64,000 bases of DNA from Octopus vulgaris (GCA_951406725.2 OX597814.1:143406001-143470000); one strand, 5' to 3'; shown: positions 11,500 to 25,989, numbered from the stretch's first letter. Notes: generated from the sequence alone by a model not told the origin. Program-made: numbers and translations.

Positions 11500-12639
11500 C
11501 ATACAAATGCACAGACATAAGTATCACACATACGCATAAGTTCCTAAAAGCCGTTTGCGCCAAACTAAATTATTCTGTTATCTTTTATACAAACGCTTAA
11601 TCCCTATGCAACTTTAAGACCTTTCTCTGTGCCTGCTTTATACTCTATTTTATAGACACTCCGAAATCATTCGGCAATGTAGATTAAACAATCGTTCCTT
11701 AGTAGTTCTAGAATATAGGCATTATTGGTGTCAAGGGAAAAAAATCTGAATATTACTTCCTCCCTAATCACCATGATAAACAACGGAGACTATATCACTC
11801 CTTTAAATGCTCAGTGACAAAATTCGATAATCATTTACGGTAATTATGCATTATCAATTAGTGGAAGTTGGTTTGTAATGGCTGAGTTTCCTTTTATGAT
11901 TTGGGATACATCACTGTTCTGGATTATATCAACTGCTTTTAAGAGACTGTGTGTATGTGTGAGAAAGAGAGAGAAAGAGAGAGAAAGAGAGAGTGTGGGG
12001 GTATGATATAATGTCCCGTCCAACAATTATGTGGTAGGATCTATATAAATTCACATTTCTAAGCTGTTCGCTCTGATGGTGGGCCTCTGTGCCTGAAATA
12101 TATAAAGGTTACTCAATTTTCAATTTTCGCATTGTTAGAAACTCTCAGACTCCATTATTTGTTATTTTACTTCTGTATCACAATGTTTCCAGCAAATTAT
12201 GACGCTCCCCGGGAAATATATAGATAATGTAGAAATATATTGATTTGTAGAGATAATGGTGAAGAAGAATGCTACTTCATTGAGTACCTGAGCCTGTATA
12301 ATGGTGATTGAAAAGATTCTGGGATATAACCACCATCGAAGAATGTTTTCCTTCTTCAAACAATCTAAGTCTTTACAAGGTGAAAACTTGCACTATTCTA
12401 CGACGGACAAACATCTATTCTAAATTGATTATATGAAGGAGAGGGGAAAATATATGTCTAATCATCTGGTCACCAAATTATCTGACTACTAACTTACCGT
12501 TGAGTAGCATACTTCAACTAAAGCAGTAAATAATGGAAACACGTGAAGTATCACAAAATAAATAGTTTTTAATTCTAATGAAACCGAGCTGGCGAGGTTA
12601 AGGTGAGCAGAAGAAGAGTTAAAGTTTGCAGGACTGAAT

Positions 12640-12849
12640 CGATTATCGCGGGCGTTACGTTCCAAAAAACCGTGATAGGTGAAAATCCGCGAAGTAAAAA
12701 CAGTGCTGTAATGTATATTTTTATTTTCTTTTTTTATAATTTGTATATATTTATTTTATTATAAATGCAAAACAACACCACGGAGGAATCGACGTAAGCT
12801 TAAATAATAAACAGTGATAGGTGAACCGCGATATAGCGAGGGATTACTG
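12640..12849. mobile_element. Tigger/pogo-like MITE
   Basis: Right end CGCGATATAGCGAGGGATTACTG|TA (reverse complement CAGTAATCCCTCG); degraded left end gattatcgcgg; internal repeat gtgataggtgaa..ccgcga. Confidence 0.65.
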
Positions 12850-13127
12850 TAATTTAAATCTACCAGAAAAAAATATGCTAAACAGAGGACAGAAAAAAAA
12901 GCAATGAAATACGAAACCAGTATAAAAATTAAGTTTTTAGTGCAATAAAGCTTATGGCATACCCAACTCTGTATATAGGACACAGGGCGATATTTTAAGA
13001 CACTTCTTTGTCGAAAAAAGTGCCTCTTAAATTACCTCAAATGCAGTGTACAACGATTTTTAAGACTAACTTGGCCCTTTCCGTTTGTCTTTTTCTTTTC
13101 ATTGATGAAACAGTGTTTGCTATAGAT

Positions 13128-13363
13128 CAGTGGTTCTCAACCGGGGTCTACATGACCCCTGAGGGTACGTTTATGATTTTATTGTTAATGTACAATAAAT
13201 TGTGTTATACAATACACAAAATATATTAACAATTTTGTATTTATACAATTCCCAATCATATTTAATTATATAAATATAATAGGATTGCTTAAACATCGAA
13301 GTAGATATGAGGATCCACTCGAGTAAAATAGGAACGAAATAGGTCTGTAGGTAAAACCCACTG
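13128..13363. mobile_element. hAT (Charlie-like) MITE
   Basis: Ends CAGTGGTTCTCAAC and AAAACCCACTG; 8-bp flanks CTATAGAT / CTTTAGAC fit a decayed hAT TSD. Confidence 0.7.
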
Positions 13364-13789
13364 CTTTAGACAAATTATATCTCCTCACTTCTCTTTGACG
13401 AAATGGTTGATTCCCTAATCGTTTCAGGGAAAGTATATAATAAGGAAAACTAAATTGTATTATTGAATATAATACGTGGAAATAAAACGCAAAAATATTC
13501 GTTCATATGTTCTTTGCAGAATAAGTTGTTTTTCTTAAATTTTGATATTCTAAAAACTTCGACAGATATGAAAAAGAATCATGTTAGTGGTGGAATTCGA
13601 AATCGATTAACCAATAAACAATAAAAAGTAGAAAAAAAAGAAAAAAAACAAGCGATAAGAAAAATGGGCAGTCTTCGACTTCTTTCCTATTCATGTGGCA
13701 CTTTTTCGCCTAATATTCTATGTGCTATTATTTATAGCTTTATCTCCTTCGAGTTCTACCATTTATATGATTTATTCCTCGATATATTG

Positions 13790-13998
13790 ATTTCAAATTT
13801 TGGCACGAGACCAGCAGTTTCAGGGGTGGGGTAAGTCGATTAAATCGACACCAGTCGTCATCTGGTACTTATTTTATCGAGCCCCGAAAGGTTGAAAGGC
13901 AAAGCCGACCTCTGCGGAATTTGAACTCAGAAAGTAAAGACGGAAAAAATGTCACAAAGCATTTTGCTGGCGTGCTAACGATTCTGCCAGCTCGTTGC
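13790..13998 (-). mobile_element. tRNA-derived SINE (family A)
   Basis: Homologous to 3256-3486, with the alternative tail (ggccttgtgcc type). Confidence 0.85.
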
Positions 13999-14048
13999 CA
14001 TTGTTATATTTCCTTATTCCTTGTTCCTTGTTATATTTCTTAATTTTA

Positions 14049-14268
14049 AGACAGCTAGCTGGCAGAATCGTTTGCATGCCGAGCAAAATGCTTAGAGGCA
14101 ATTCGTCCGTCTTTGCCTTTCTGAGTTCCAATTCCGACGAGGTTTACTTTGCCTTTCATCCTTTCTGGGTTGATAATATAAGTACTAGTTGGGTACTGGG
14201 GTCGATTTAATCGACTTAGCTCACCCCGCTCCGAAATTGCTGGCCTTGTGCCAAAAATTGAAACCGAT
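14049..14268 (+). mobile_element. tRNA-derived SINE (family A)
   Basis: gctggcagaatcgtt..gagttccaattcc..gcctttcatcctttc. Confidence 0.85.
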
Positions 14269-14619
14269 AAAATTTTTAATGTTAACAAAATCTTTATGGT
14301 AAACCAAAATAGAAAAAAACAGTGCATACGTGTTACTATTTTTCTTTTTAGTTTTCCTCTGCGATTGAGACCGTCTTAAATCCAATGTTTCGTTTCAGAA
14401 TGATAAAAACCAATATTCTGATCTTTATAATTATTCAACTAATTATTTTCTACACATGTCTGCATGTCAGAAAGTATCTCACACGGGTATCCCGAAATCC
14501 GAAGAAAAGAAGGCAAAAAAATAAAAAATAAAAAATAACAACTTGATGTCAATGTTAACCGCGTCCACAGAATCAGCAATGACAATAACATCAAGGGCAA
14601 CAGCAACAAAATGGTTTCT

Positions 14620-14622
14620 TTA

Positions 14623-14707
<85 letters not shown>

Positions 14708-14786
14708 CATATACATATATATATGTATAAACATATATATGCATATATATATATACATATACATATATACATATACATATACATAC

Positions 14787-14820
<34 letters not shown>

Positions 14821-14823
14821 CTC

Positions 14824-14870
<47 letters not shown>
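14620..14870. repeat. Compound (TA)n/(TACATA)n/(CT)n microsatellite
   Basis: Visible. Confidence 0.95.
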
Positions 14871-15424
14871 CCTCCTCTTGTTGCTTCTCTCTCCCACCAC
14901 TCTCTGTTCCTCACTCCCCTCCTCTCTCTGTCCCTTTCTCCCTTCTTGTCTCTGTACGTCTGTCTGTTCGTCTGTCTGTCTTCTTCCCCCCCCACCACTC
15001 TCTCTCTCTCTCTGTCTTTTTGTCTTTCTTCGTTATTACACGAATTATTTCATCGTCGCGATGGTGTGACAGCAGTGACGTTGTTTTATTATTACTGCAC
15101 ACAGCCGAGTCATCTTTCATTAAGACAGTTAATTTTTATCACAGACTTTTGTGCATCGCAGATGTAGGAAATGACGGGCGCATTACTAACATCTTTAACG
15201 ACACAATAGTCTAGAAATGTAAATATTTATTTTACCATGTAATCTAAACAAAACACGCACACACACATACGCGTACACATGCAGACACATTGATGCGCAG
15301 ACATGCACACACTTACATTACCACATGCACATACTCGTACTTACTTTCTTATGCGTGCACACAGACATATATATATATAGAGAGAGACATACTCACATCA
15401 ACACGCATCTTCCAATTGTCTATA

Positions 15425-15578
15425 TTTATCTATATGTATGTATGTATATTATATATGTATGTATATTATATATGTATATATGTATATATATGTATATATG
15501 TATATATATGTATATATATGTATATATGTATACATATGTATATATGTATATACATGTATATATATATATGTATATATG

Positions 15579-15615
<37 letters not shown>

Positions 15616-15655
15616 GTTTTATATATGTATATATATTTGTATATATGTATATACG

Positions 15656-15695
<40 letters not shown>

Positions 15696-15890
15696 GTATG
15701 CATGTATGTAGGTATATATCGAGAAAGAGAGAGATTGACAAACTGACAGACATATTGTAAGACAGGCAGATAGACAGACAGACAGATATATATATATATA
15801 TATATAGATAGATGCATACATACATACATACATACATACATACATACATACATGCATACATATATGCATACATATATGCATACATACAAA
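15425..15890. repeat. Compound (TA)n/(TATG)n microsatellite
   Basis: Visible. Confidence 0.95.
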
Positions 15891-16441
15891 GAGACACCAT
15901 GAGATGCATACGCAGAATGAGATACACATTCGCACATACACGCAAATACATACACGCCGTCACTAAGAGAGAGAGAGACACGCATTTATGAAGGAAAGTG
16001 CATATATATAGATGGTAACGCTTTCTTGCGGAAAAGACTGCAGTTGTAGAAAGAAACAAAAAAGAAATATACAAGAATTCAATAAAAATAAAACAACATA
16101 CAAACATACAAACATAGAAAAAAGAAACAGATGGCGAAGCGGTCCTAAACGAAATCTTTGCCAGCACCAAAATATAAAGATGAGTTGAATAACTAAACTA
16201 CTGGTTTGTTGACATATTTCTAGACTGTACTTAAGATATATCATAAACATGGGAAATAAGTTTAATAGAATTTCTCACGCAGATTAAAGCTGGTTTAGGT
16301 GTGGTTATAATTTTATATATTAGCAAGCAACATAACTAAATTAAGTGAAGTCTACAGAGAACAATATGGAATTGTCTAAACAAAAAATTTCAAACACCTT
16401 TAATGGTTTGGTAACGAATGAGAAACAGGAAACAAGAGCGA

Positions 16442-16503
<62 letters not shown>

Positions 16504-16824
16504 AAGAGAGAGAGAGAGAGAAGAGGAAGGCAAAAAAAAAAAGCAGCACAGATATTGCTTTGATAGATATTACATATTATTTATAAAAGGAAAGAAGAAA
16601 AAATAATGAAACAAATTCAACCAGGCTTCTTCTTCTTTTTTTTTTTGTATTTGCTTCTGCACTCATGTCAATTATATAAGAAAGGATGCGTTATACGCAG
16701 ACGCACACATGCACGCATACACTTAGACATGTACATGCGCTTTTCATGCACATGTAGTATATATAGATACTCCACCTTCTCCTCTCTCTCTCCAATATTC
16801 TATTGTATTTCTCTTTCTTCACGG

Positions 16825-16961
16825 CATCATCATCATCATCATCATCATGAACAGCAGCACCGGTACCACCAACACCAGCTCCAACACCAACACCACAACC
16901 ACAACTACGAACATCAACAACACCAACAGCAGCATTTCAACCCTCCTCCTCCTCCTCCTCC

Positions 16962-17005
<44 letters not shown>

Positions 17006-17129
17006 GGCGGCAATAGCAACAGCAGCAAAAGCAATAACTGCATTATCATTCATCTATATATTCTGATGAGCATCATCATCATCATCGTCGTTGTTATCGT
17101 CACCTCCTCTTCCCCCTCCTCATGGTTAT

Positions 17130-17169
<40 letters not shown>

Positions 17170-17335
17170 TTCATCAACCTTACGATCTTCACGGTCGGTC
17201 ATCATCATCGCCATCAGCGAAGTGGTCTGTCGACTTCTTTATCATCCAAAATGTAGACATTCTGTCTCATCATGTTTTATAATCGTCGCGATGGCCACTG
17301 ACTTCATCATCATCATCATCGTCATCAACCATCGT

Positions 17336-17370
<35 letters not shown>
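16825..17370. repeat. (CAT)n/(CAA)n/(CAG)n/(CCT)n low-complexity tract
   Basis: Visible trinucleotide mosaic. Confidence 0.9.
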
Positions 17371-20300
17371 GTTGTCGTCATCACTGACATAATCACATTT
17401 TCCCCCACCACCAGCCTTGTCGTCGGTGTCCTGTCCAACTATGGCGTCATCTACCCGTGTAATAATATTCGCTGACTGAAGTCAGCAGCCATTGTACTTC
17501 ATTATCATAATAACTTTTATCGTCATCCTCCTTATTATACTAATCATTGACGATTTCTGTTATTATCATCACCGAAACACTACTTCTCTATTATCAGCGC
17601 TATTATATTTGGCGAATAACATACCGCTAAAAACATTTCATCATGATGATACGGTCACACCATGATTGCCGAAGAATGTATGAATAATGCTTTTAGCGGG
17701 TGGAATGGGGGGTTAAAAAAGATATAAAGCAAAAACAAAACAAACAGTAATAATAATAATAATAATAATAATAATAGTAATAATAATAATAACAACAACA
17801 ATGAAAAGAACAAGTAATAGACAAGAAAAATCTAACAAAGTCTAACAAAGTCTAACAAAGAATGGTAGTAAAATTAACGAAATGAGCACAAAGCAGATAT
17901 AAGATGTACTCAGTGGCCATTTTAATGAATCAATCCTGGAAGAGTGAGTCATATCAGAATGATTTTCTATATAAAGCAGACAGCAAGCTGCAGCGGATAT
18001 AATTGGTAGTTCGATTAAAAATTAGAATAAGCAAAAACGAATGATCAAAGCGACTTTGAGGCTGTGTGATCGCTGGTGCATTGCATTTTTCCGGTGCATT
18101 ATTATTTGTTTCCTCAATAATCAGAATATTGATATTTTTCAAACTTCTGACAAATTAAAAAATTATTGGCTGCCAGTTTAAGCATGAATTGCTCTCTTGG
18201 TTACCAAACATAATGGAATAATATGATATCATATTTAATATACATACATGAATGCCCCTCCTACCGAATATGTATGTATACATGCATGTATGTATGCTTG
18301 TATATTTATATGTATGTACATATATGCATATTTATATGACTATACATACATACATACATATATATATATGTGTGTGTGTGTGTGTGTTTATGAGAGAGAG
18401 AGGCAGGCAGACAGACATAGGGTGTGTATGAATGTATGTGTGTATATAATGATAATATATGTTTTATAATTTTGTGGCAATTGTCCCGAGAGTTTATTAA
18501 GTTCTTTGATTCAAGTGCAGAACAGAACTTTGTGTACGTCATAAATTTTAGCATTTACAGAAATTGCAACCAAACAACAAAACCCTGATAGTAATTTATT
18601 AAAAGAGAGATTGATATAATCTGAAAGTTTGAAACTTATAACTCGTGTATACATTATCTCAAGCTTATACGAATAGATAAATTGATGGGTAAGACTTTCA
18701 TATAATGTTTAACTGATGTCATCTAAAGCGAATATATCCATATATAAACTATGGTTGCAGGCCACGACTAATTGTATTGTGATCTCATCGGTTAGAGAAA
18801 GTTCAAAAAGAGGAAAGTATTGATTCAGTAATTTATCTCTATATTGATTTATTTCATCATATTGATGGTGTTGTGGTCGTTGATATTGTTGTTTAGTTCC
18901 AATTCACTCTTGATTGAACACACATAAACATCCCGCCTTTTTCGTTTCAGACACAGTGCATTCCAAAGTACACTACTATTGGCTTATGTATCCTAATGTT
19001 TTTTTTAAGACAGTAGCGTGATTTGAGAGAGGTTTGACTGCTATTTATAGCAAGTGGGACCACCATGCAAATCTTTCCTCATTCGTTCGATATTGATGTT
19101 ATTGTTTACATATGTATTTTAATAGTTTTAATGACAAGTTGTTAACAATCAATGTATAAAACTAATATCTATTATTAATAAACTAAAATAAAAGCAACAA
19201 CAACTATCTGTTATGATATATTATGCGCAATAAAGAAACCTATCAAGCGATCAAGGCTTACATATCCTCAACTGTGTCTACTCTGCATCAAGTGGAGTGG
19301 AGTGTGGCCTGTGAGTATCTTATAGTTGTTACTCAACTCGAACAACACAAGAAAGTGACAGCGTTTTGCTTGCACTCCAGTTGAAGTCTTCAACTGGCAG
19401 TAACAATGTATCACCTAATTCACGCAAACATCAGTATATTCTACGCTCTGAATTCAAATTTTGTTAGGGTCGGCTTTACTCTTCAGCTTCCTGGAGATGA
19501 TGTAACAAAGATCCTGTCAAGTAAATTTTGGTCGAGTAATCCTTTTTAAAAATCTTTTTTAAAAATTGCGAGGCTTTGGGTCTCCGTTGGAAAAGCATAG
19601 CTGTAAGTAATGCGACGATAGCTGACTGCTGCATTACACATTGCTCAAAGCCCAAACCGGTGACGAATAAATGCATATAGAATACCTATGTATGCCATAT
19701 GTCCACAGTCTACATTCAGTATCTTATTCTACACACACCAGTCTAAAATTTTATTTACTTTTAGTCTTCCATCTCTCTTCACTTTTTTCTGCCGCGATTC
19801 ACAAGAGACTATAAATCTTCAAACATCAAAGAAGCTAGAAACAATTCGGTAAAGCGTAGGTAAAGCAGCTCTACAAAGTATATGATTCCTTTATCTCTGT
19901 TATCTTAGTTCAGTAAACGGTTTTGATATTTCATACAAAAGCTCATGTGTTTGCTCCATGAACAAATAAGTGCAGCCATAGCAGACTGGCTAACAAGTTT
20001 GCCTCGCAGCTATGTGGTTACATCTTGTATAAATGTCTTGAACATTTATATATCCCGCAGTTGACCAATATCTTTCTTATATTGTGGCGGCAAAACCATA
20101 TATTGTCTACTTGGTGTCTGACACGCACGATCTGTAGAAACTATTTCCTATTTTCTCATAAGGAAGCTAAAACTTTCTGTCAGTTTAGAGTTGCTTCGCT
20201 TGGTATCTGGTACTCAGAAGAGCTTAAAAAGTCAAAATGCTCCTACAAGTCCTGAGGGTTTGCTCTAAACTGACTTTGACGTGTTAACACCCTTTGCGTA

Positions 20301-20379
20301 AAGCGAAAATTTTCCTCCATGGTTAGTAAATGCCTCTTTACTGGTCAAAGTCTGATTATACATACATACATGTTAAGGA

Positions 20380-21275
20380 AATCTGATGGATATCTCACTG
20401 GTTCACAAGGAAACAAAAATACCAAAATTACACATTGATTCTTTGTGGATTTCTTAGTGGATTTTATGCAAAGAATATGCATGAGATGAAAAAGAGCCTT
20501 AACCTAGTTACAACATACTCAAAGGATGTAGGATTGGAGTTTGGACAGGGTAAATGGTGCTATATGGCTGTGAAAAGAGGGGAAACTGTAAATCAGACTA
20601 GTAACATCTCCATCAATGATTTTTTATTGTTTCCCCTGTATCTGACGAGGAATATTACTGTTGTCTAGGGGTGGATGAAAATATATCTTATAATGACACT
20701 TGTAACAAAACACGTGTCACCAAAGAATATTACAGCTGAATAAAGAAAATATGGACCTCAGAACTCTCTGCATTCAATAAAACAGCAGCCCACAATGTGA
20801 TTGCAATGCCGGTACTTATACCAACATTTGTCTACTTGAGTGGACAATTGATGAGATCCGAGTCATTGATGTGAAAACCCGAAAAATACTAACAAGCACA
20901 TATAATTTCCACATAAACAGTGACGTAGACCGCCTCTATCTAAAAATGCCTTTGAATGTCGCATCATATATATCCCTTCGGCAACATTTTTTAACTTCTA
21001 AGCATCGAAGTGCATCCCTTGACCAAGTTTGCATACATGAGACTGATGACATCATAAGACTTGGAGGCCAGCTCCTTGAGCAACACACTTTGTCTAACCT
21101 AGAATACATGCCCAAAGGAGTCGCACGACTCTGCCGCAACGTATCATCAGATGAAAGGGTGAGCCTATATGAGCAGAAGACTATGTATGGATATGTTAGT
21201 AGAAAGCTCTGTATTGGTTGTAACATCGATCATCAAAGCAGTTGATCATGGACCAATAGCCAGATTACTACCCCC
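20380..21275 (+). mobile_element. Highly degraded RLE-type LINE fragment (RT thumb region)
   Basis: Remnants VGLEFGQGKWC, ELSAFNKTAAHN, TRKILT..FHINSDVDRLYL and KTMYGY parallel the 5988-7457 protein. Confidence 0.8.
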
Positions 21276-21353
21276 CACATATATATATGTATATACTTAT
21301 GTATGTATGTAAGTATATATGTATGTATGTATGTATGTATGCATGTATGTATG

Positions 21354-21387
<34 letters not shown>

Positions 21388-21561
21388 TATATATATGTAT
21401 GTATGCGTGCGTGTGTGTATATGTGTGTGTAATAACATTACGTTTTAGTTGAGTGCTTGTTTATTAAACTTTCACAAGGGCGGTGTCACTGACCTCGAAG
21501 TTCCGGCTTACTACAGCTCATCGGACTGTCGAATATATATCTGTATATATATATATATATG

Positions 21562-21621
<60 letters not shown>

Positions 21622-21849
21622 CATGTATGTGTGTTTGTTTGTGTGTCTGCGTGTCTGTGATAGTATAACGTAGCATAGTATATACTAGATTTGACTATTT
21701 GTGTTGGCACGTACGCTCTTTTTCTGAAAATCGCAATGGAGCGTCGGACGAAAAGGATTAAAAATTACGGCTATAAAGTATGGAAGGCAAAGTGACCTGG
21801 AAGGGAGTTGAACTTCTATCAATCTTACAAATAAAGATTCTACGCTAAG

Positions 21850-21938
21850 TTACAGGGACTTAAACAAACCAACACCGGTTGACAAGCGGTAAAGTAGAAA
21901 CAAACACAAACGCAAGCACACATGTATGTATATGCTTA

Positions 21939-22027
<89 letters not shown>

Positions 22028-22382
22028 TTCATCATCTTGAACCGTTATTCCCGACACATTTTTTGCTTTCTCTGTCTTTTTCGTTCTCTCTCTATTTTCG
22101 CCCCTTAGTTCTTTCTCTCGAAGAGCTTTGGCTCGAAACGTCAAAGACTTTCCCATTTTCCCCGTTAGACTAGTACACCTGATTTTTGTTCCCTCGCTTG
22201 TCTTCGTCTTTAGTTTATACATTACGAGTTTCTACACAGTTTTTCTCTGCCAAATCTGTTCACAAGGCATTGGTCAGTCCAGGGTAGTGGTGGAAGACAA
22301 TTGCCCCTGGTGCCCTTCAGTGGGACTGAACCCAGAACCACTTGGTTGCAAAACGATCTCCGTAAACACACACCCATGCCTA
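21850..22382 (-). mobile_element. CORE-type SINE (family B) interrupted by (CA)n and a Penelope pLTR fragment
   Basis: Head at 22225-22382 (reverse complement of gttcagtcccactg..ggcaa.tgtcttc); tail piece at 21850-21915. Confidence 0.65.
22030..22222 (+). mobile_element. Solo Penelope-like 3' pLTR fragment
   Basis: Homologous to the reverse complement of 35830-36020; carries a hammerhead-like motif at 22110-22147. Confidence 0.7.
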
Positions 22383-22629
22383 ATATATATAATTCATAGT
22401 TTAATCGCTGTCCAGAGTCTACTACGAATACCTTGACCCTCACACGCCTGTCCAAAATTTGATTTACTCTTCGTCCACTTCCCTTTCTTTTTCACACAGA
22501 GAGTCGGAACAAACAAATACCTCGAAACAATCTATCCAACGCTCCGATGACTTTGCCACTTCATCGCCTTTGTGTGATATAAAAAAAATAATAGAAATTA
22601 ATAACAGAGCCAGTTATCAAACGTTTACC

Positions 22630-22940
22630 GCCACCGCCACCAACAACAGCAACAACAACAATAACACTAGAACACCACTACTCCTAACACTACCACCAGC
22701 ATCGCCACCACTAACGTTACTACCACCACCACCACAATCACCACCACTAACATCAGCGCTACAACCAACACCAACACCATTATTAGGACCCCCCCCCAAA
22801 CCATCACCACTACAACCACCACCACCACCACCACCAATAACAATAGCAACAACACAAATAGCACCACCACAACATCACTAACGCTAACACTACCACTACC
22901 TACACCACCACCGCTACAATCACCGCCACTCCAACGCTAC
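22630..22940. repeat. (CCA)n/(CAA)n low-complexity tract
   Basis: Visible. Confidence 0.9.
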
Positions 22941-23239
22941 TGAACTTTATAGATGCCTTTTAATTCCTGAGTTAAGTTTCACTCTGTTGTTATCACTCAT
23001 ACCAGACTAATTAAGGCTTTTAAACGAATCAAAATTTGATTGCAATAATGGAATCAAGGGAACTAAAAATGGTTTGCACCGGAGTATGGTAAATGCAAAA
23101 CGATTTATAGGAAGAAAATTTAATGCTGTGATGAATAAGCTCAGCTCTTGCAGCAGATCTCTCTCCAACACACAATATTTCATCCTGCTCGTGACACTAA
23201 AATACATATCAGCTGAGTAATAATAATACTTTATATTTG

Positions 23240-23575
23240 GGGCAGGGGGATAGTCGATTTCCTCGACCCCCTGTACTCAATTAGTACTTATTTTATCGAT
23301 CCCGAAAGGATGAGAAACAATGCTAACCTTGGCGGAATTTGAACTCAGAACATGACGACAGACGAAATACCTATTTCTTTATAACCCACAAGGGGCTAAA
23401 CACAGAGGGGACAAACAAGGACAGACATAGGTATTAAGTCGATTATATCGACCCCAGTGCGTAACTGGTACTTAATTTACCGACCCCGAAAGGAATTTGA
23501 ACTCACAACGTAACGCAGACGAAATACCGCTAAACATTTCGCCCGGCGTGCTAACGTTTCTGCCAGCTCGCTGCC
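23240..23575 (-). mobile_element. Family A SINE, dimeric form
   Basis: Head at 23575; tail A joined to a second GGTATTTCGTCTG module. Confidence 0.85.
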
Positions 23576-23577
23576 TA

Positions 23578-23641
<64 letters not shown>

Positions 23642-23691
23642 GTAAATAATAATAATAATAATAATAGTAAATAATAATAATAATAATAATG

Positions 23692-23777
<86 letters not shown>

Positions 23778-23800
23778 GATAATAATAAAAAAAATAATAA
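23578..23800. repeat. (TAA)n microsatellite
   Basis: Visible. Confidence 0.98.
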
Positions 23801-23994
23801 TTAAATACATATTTTACCTATGAATTTGTGTGTGTAATCTGGGAATGCATACAATGAACTTCTCTGCCCTAGGTGTACGGAAAACACTCGGCGAGAAATG
23901 GAAGAACATTTGAAGAAGGAAAAAAAATAATAGTAGTTGTAGTAGTAGTAGTAGTAGTAGTAGTACTAGTAGTAGTAGTAGTAGTAATACTTTC

Positions 23995-24227
23995 TATTAT
24001 AGACACAAGACCAGAAATTTGCAGGGTATTATAGACACAAGACCAGAAATTTGCAGGGTAAGTCGATTACATCGACCCCAGTGCGTAACTAGTATTTATT
24101 TAATCGGCCCCGAGAGGATGAAAGGCAAAGTCGACCTCGGCGGAATTTGAACTCAGAACGCAAAGACGGATGAAATACCGCTAAACATATTACCCGGCGT
24201 GCTAACTGTGCTGATAGTTCACCGCCT
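23995..24227 (-). mobile_element. Family A SINE with a 32-bp tandem duplication of its tail
   Basis: TATTATAGACACAAGACCAGAAATTTGCAGGG occurs twice (23995-24058); A and B boxes on the minus strand. Confidence 0.85.
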
Positions 24228-24304
24228 TATCAACAGATGAGACCAATTAAAACTACTATGGTTTCAAAATTTAATACTTTGTGTTTACGTTAGAAATCAA
24301 TATT

Positions 24305-24518
24305 GGCTTCTAATTTTGGTACAAGGCCAGCAAGTTCAGGGAAGAGGTTAAGTCGATTACATCGATCTCAGTGTTCATCTGGCACTTATTTTATCAACCC
24401 CGAAATGATCAAAGGTAAAGTCAGACTCGGCGGTATTTGAACTCAGAATGTAAAAGGCGGACGATATGCCGCGTTGATTTTTGTCCGATGTGCTAACGAT
24501 TCTACCAGTTAGCTACCT
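24305..24518 (-). mobile_element. Family A SINE
   Basis: Homologous to the other copies. Confidence 0.8.
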
Positions 24519-24539
24519 TATGCTGGAAAGCAATATTAG

Positions 24540-24872
24540 AAACCGATTGTACTGGCACACCATCAGATATGACGATGAGGTTTCTGATCAACTGATCAGC
24601 CTGCTTATAAAATTAAAAGGCAAATGGTTGAGTATTCCGAAAACACGCGTACCCTTAATGTGGTTCTCAGGAAGCGGGTGTGGTTCAGTGTGATACAGAA
24701 TGTGTCAAGGTTGGCCTACTGAATTACAGGTACAACTCATTTTTGCCAGTTGACTGGACTGGGGTAACGTGGAATGAAGTGTCTTGCTCAAGGACACAAC
24801 GCACCACCGTGTATCGAGCTGACGACTTTTTGATAGTGAGCCGTATACCCTAACCACTAAGCCACGTGCCTT
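24540..24872 (-). mobile_element. tRNA-derived CORE-like SINE (family C)
   Basis: Minus strand A box TGGCTTAGTGG and CORE-like GTGTCCTTGAGCAAGACACTT; homologous to 30482-30770. Confidence 0.8.
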
Positions 24873-25010
24873 CACGAATCCAATTGTAGCCACTATCTAA
24901 CTCTGATGATCGTATTTACTATTCTTGACGACGTTTTGCTAACAGTGTGACATACTACAAACAGATCATGCATTAATTAACTGATTAACTTCGTAAAAAG
25001 CACCTAAAAT

Positions 25011-25526
25011 TTAAGAAATACAGAAATAATCAGTTTACACATGTGTAAACGGTGAAAATGTTAGGTCTGCAAATATGTGGTCCCGCTTTCATTCCAACTG
25101 TGTGACACCCTAAGAAAGTGTCTTCTCACCCAAAGCCAAAGGAACGAAATTTGTTAGACAAAAAACTTTGTATAAGCTCGTCTGAAGGACTATTTTTATA
25201 CTTGTGTGGTAGACTTGATTTGAATCCAGTTTAACACTAGCGCCTGATTTTTTAGTATCTTAGTATCATTAAGAAATACAGAAATAATCAGTTTACACAT
25301 GTATAAACGGTGAAAATGTTAGGTCTGCAAATATGTGGTCCCGCTTTCATTCCAACTGTGTGACACCCTAAGAAAGTGTCTTCTCACCCAAAGCCAAAGG
25401 AGCGAAATTTGTAAGACAAAAAACTTTGTAGAAGCTCGTCTGAAGGACTATTTTTATACTTGTGTGGTAGACTTGATTTGAATCCCGTTTAACACTAGCA
25501 CCTGATTTTTTAGTATCTTAGTATCA
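25011..25526. repeat. Head-to-tail tandem duplication, 2 x 258 bp
   Basis: 25011-25268 and 25269-25526 differ by only a few substitutions; the unit contains a decayed CORE-SINE. Confidence 0.95.
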
Positions 25527-25989
25527 ATAAGACAGTGAGCTAGTGCAATTGTTAGCGCGTCGGGCAAAATGATTAGCAGCATTTTTTCCGGCTCTTTACG
25601 CTCTATGTCCAGATTCCCCCGAAGTCCACTTTGCGCTTCATTCTTTCGGGGTTGATAATGCGGTCGATGTAATCAACTTGCTCCACTAACTTGAAAATTG
25701 CTGGCCCTGTGCCAAAATCAGGAAGTATTATTTGTATTGTTATTGCTATAAAGTTACGCTTTCATCACTTTGGGGCAGATAAAATGGAGCACCTGAATCG
25801 ATGGTACCGACGAATCCCTTGAAAAACTGCTGAGCTGATGCCTATATGAGAAACCATTAAAATTATTTTTATTCTTGTTTGATGAAAACTCTCGCCTTAT
25901 TTTGCAGAGTATGATGGAAAGTGTCAGCTGTCCACAGCCAGTACACTAAGGTGACAGTTGTTTACTGGTCATGCTTCAAGAACCCTGCG

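Noticed and set aside
16606-17392. His/Gln/Pro-rich ORFs resembling a transcription-factor low-complexity region
   Set aside because: Trinucleotide mosaic with no folded domain and no clear splice structure.
22459-22881. Pro-rich 140-aa ORF
   Set aside because: (CCA)n low-complexity DNA; no domain evidence.
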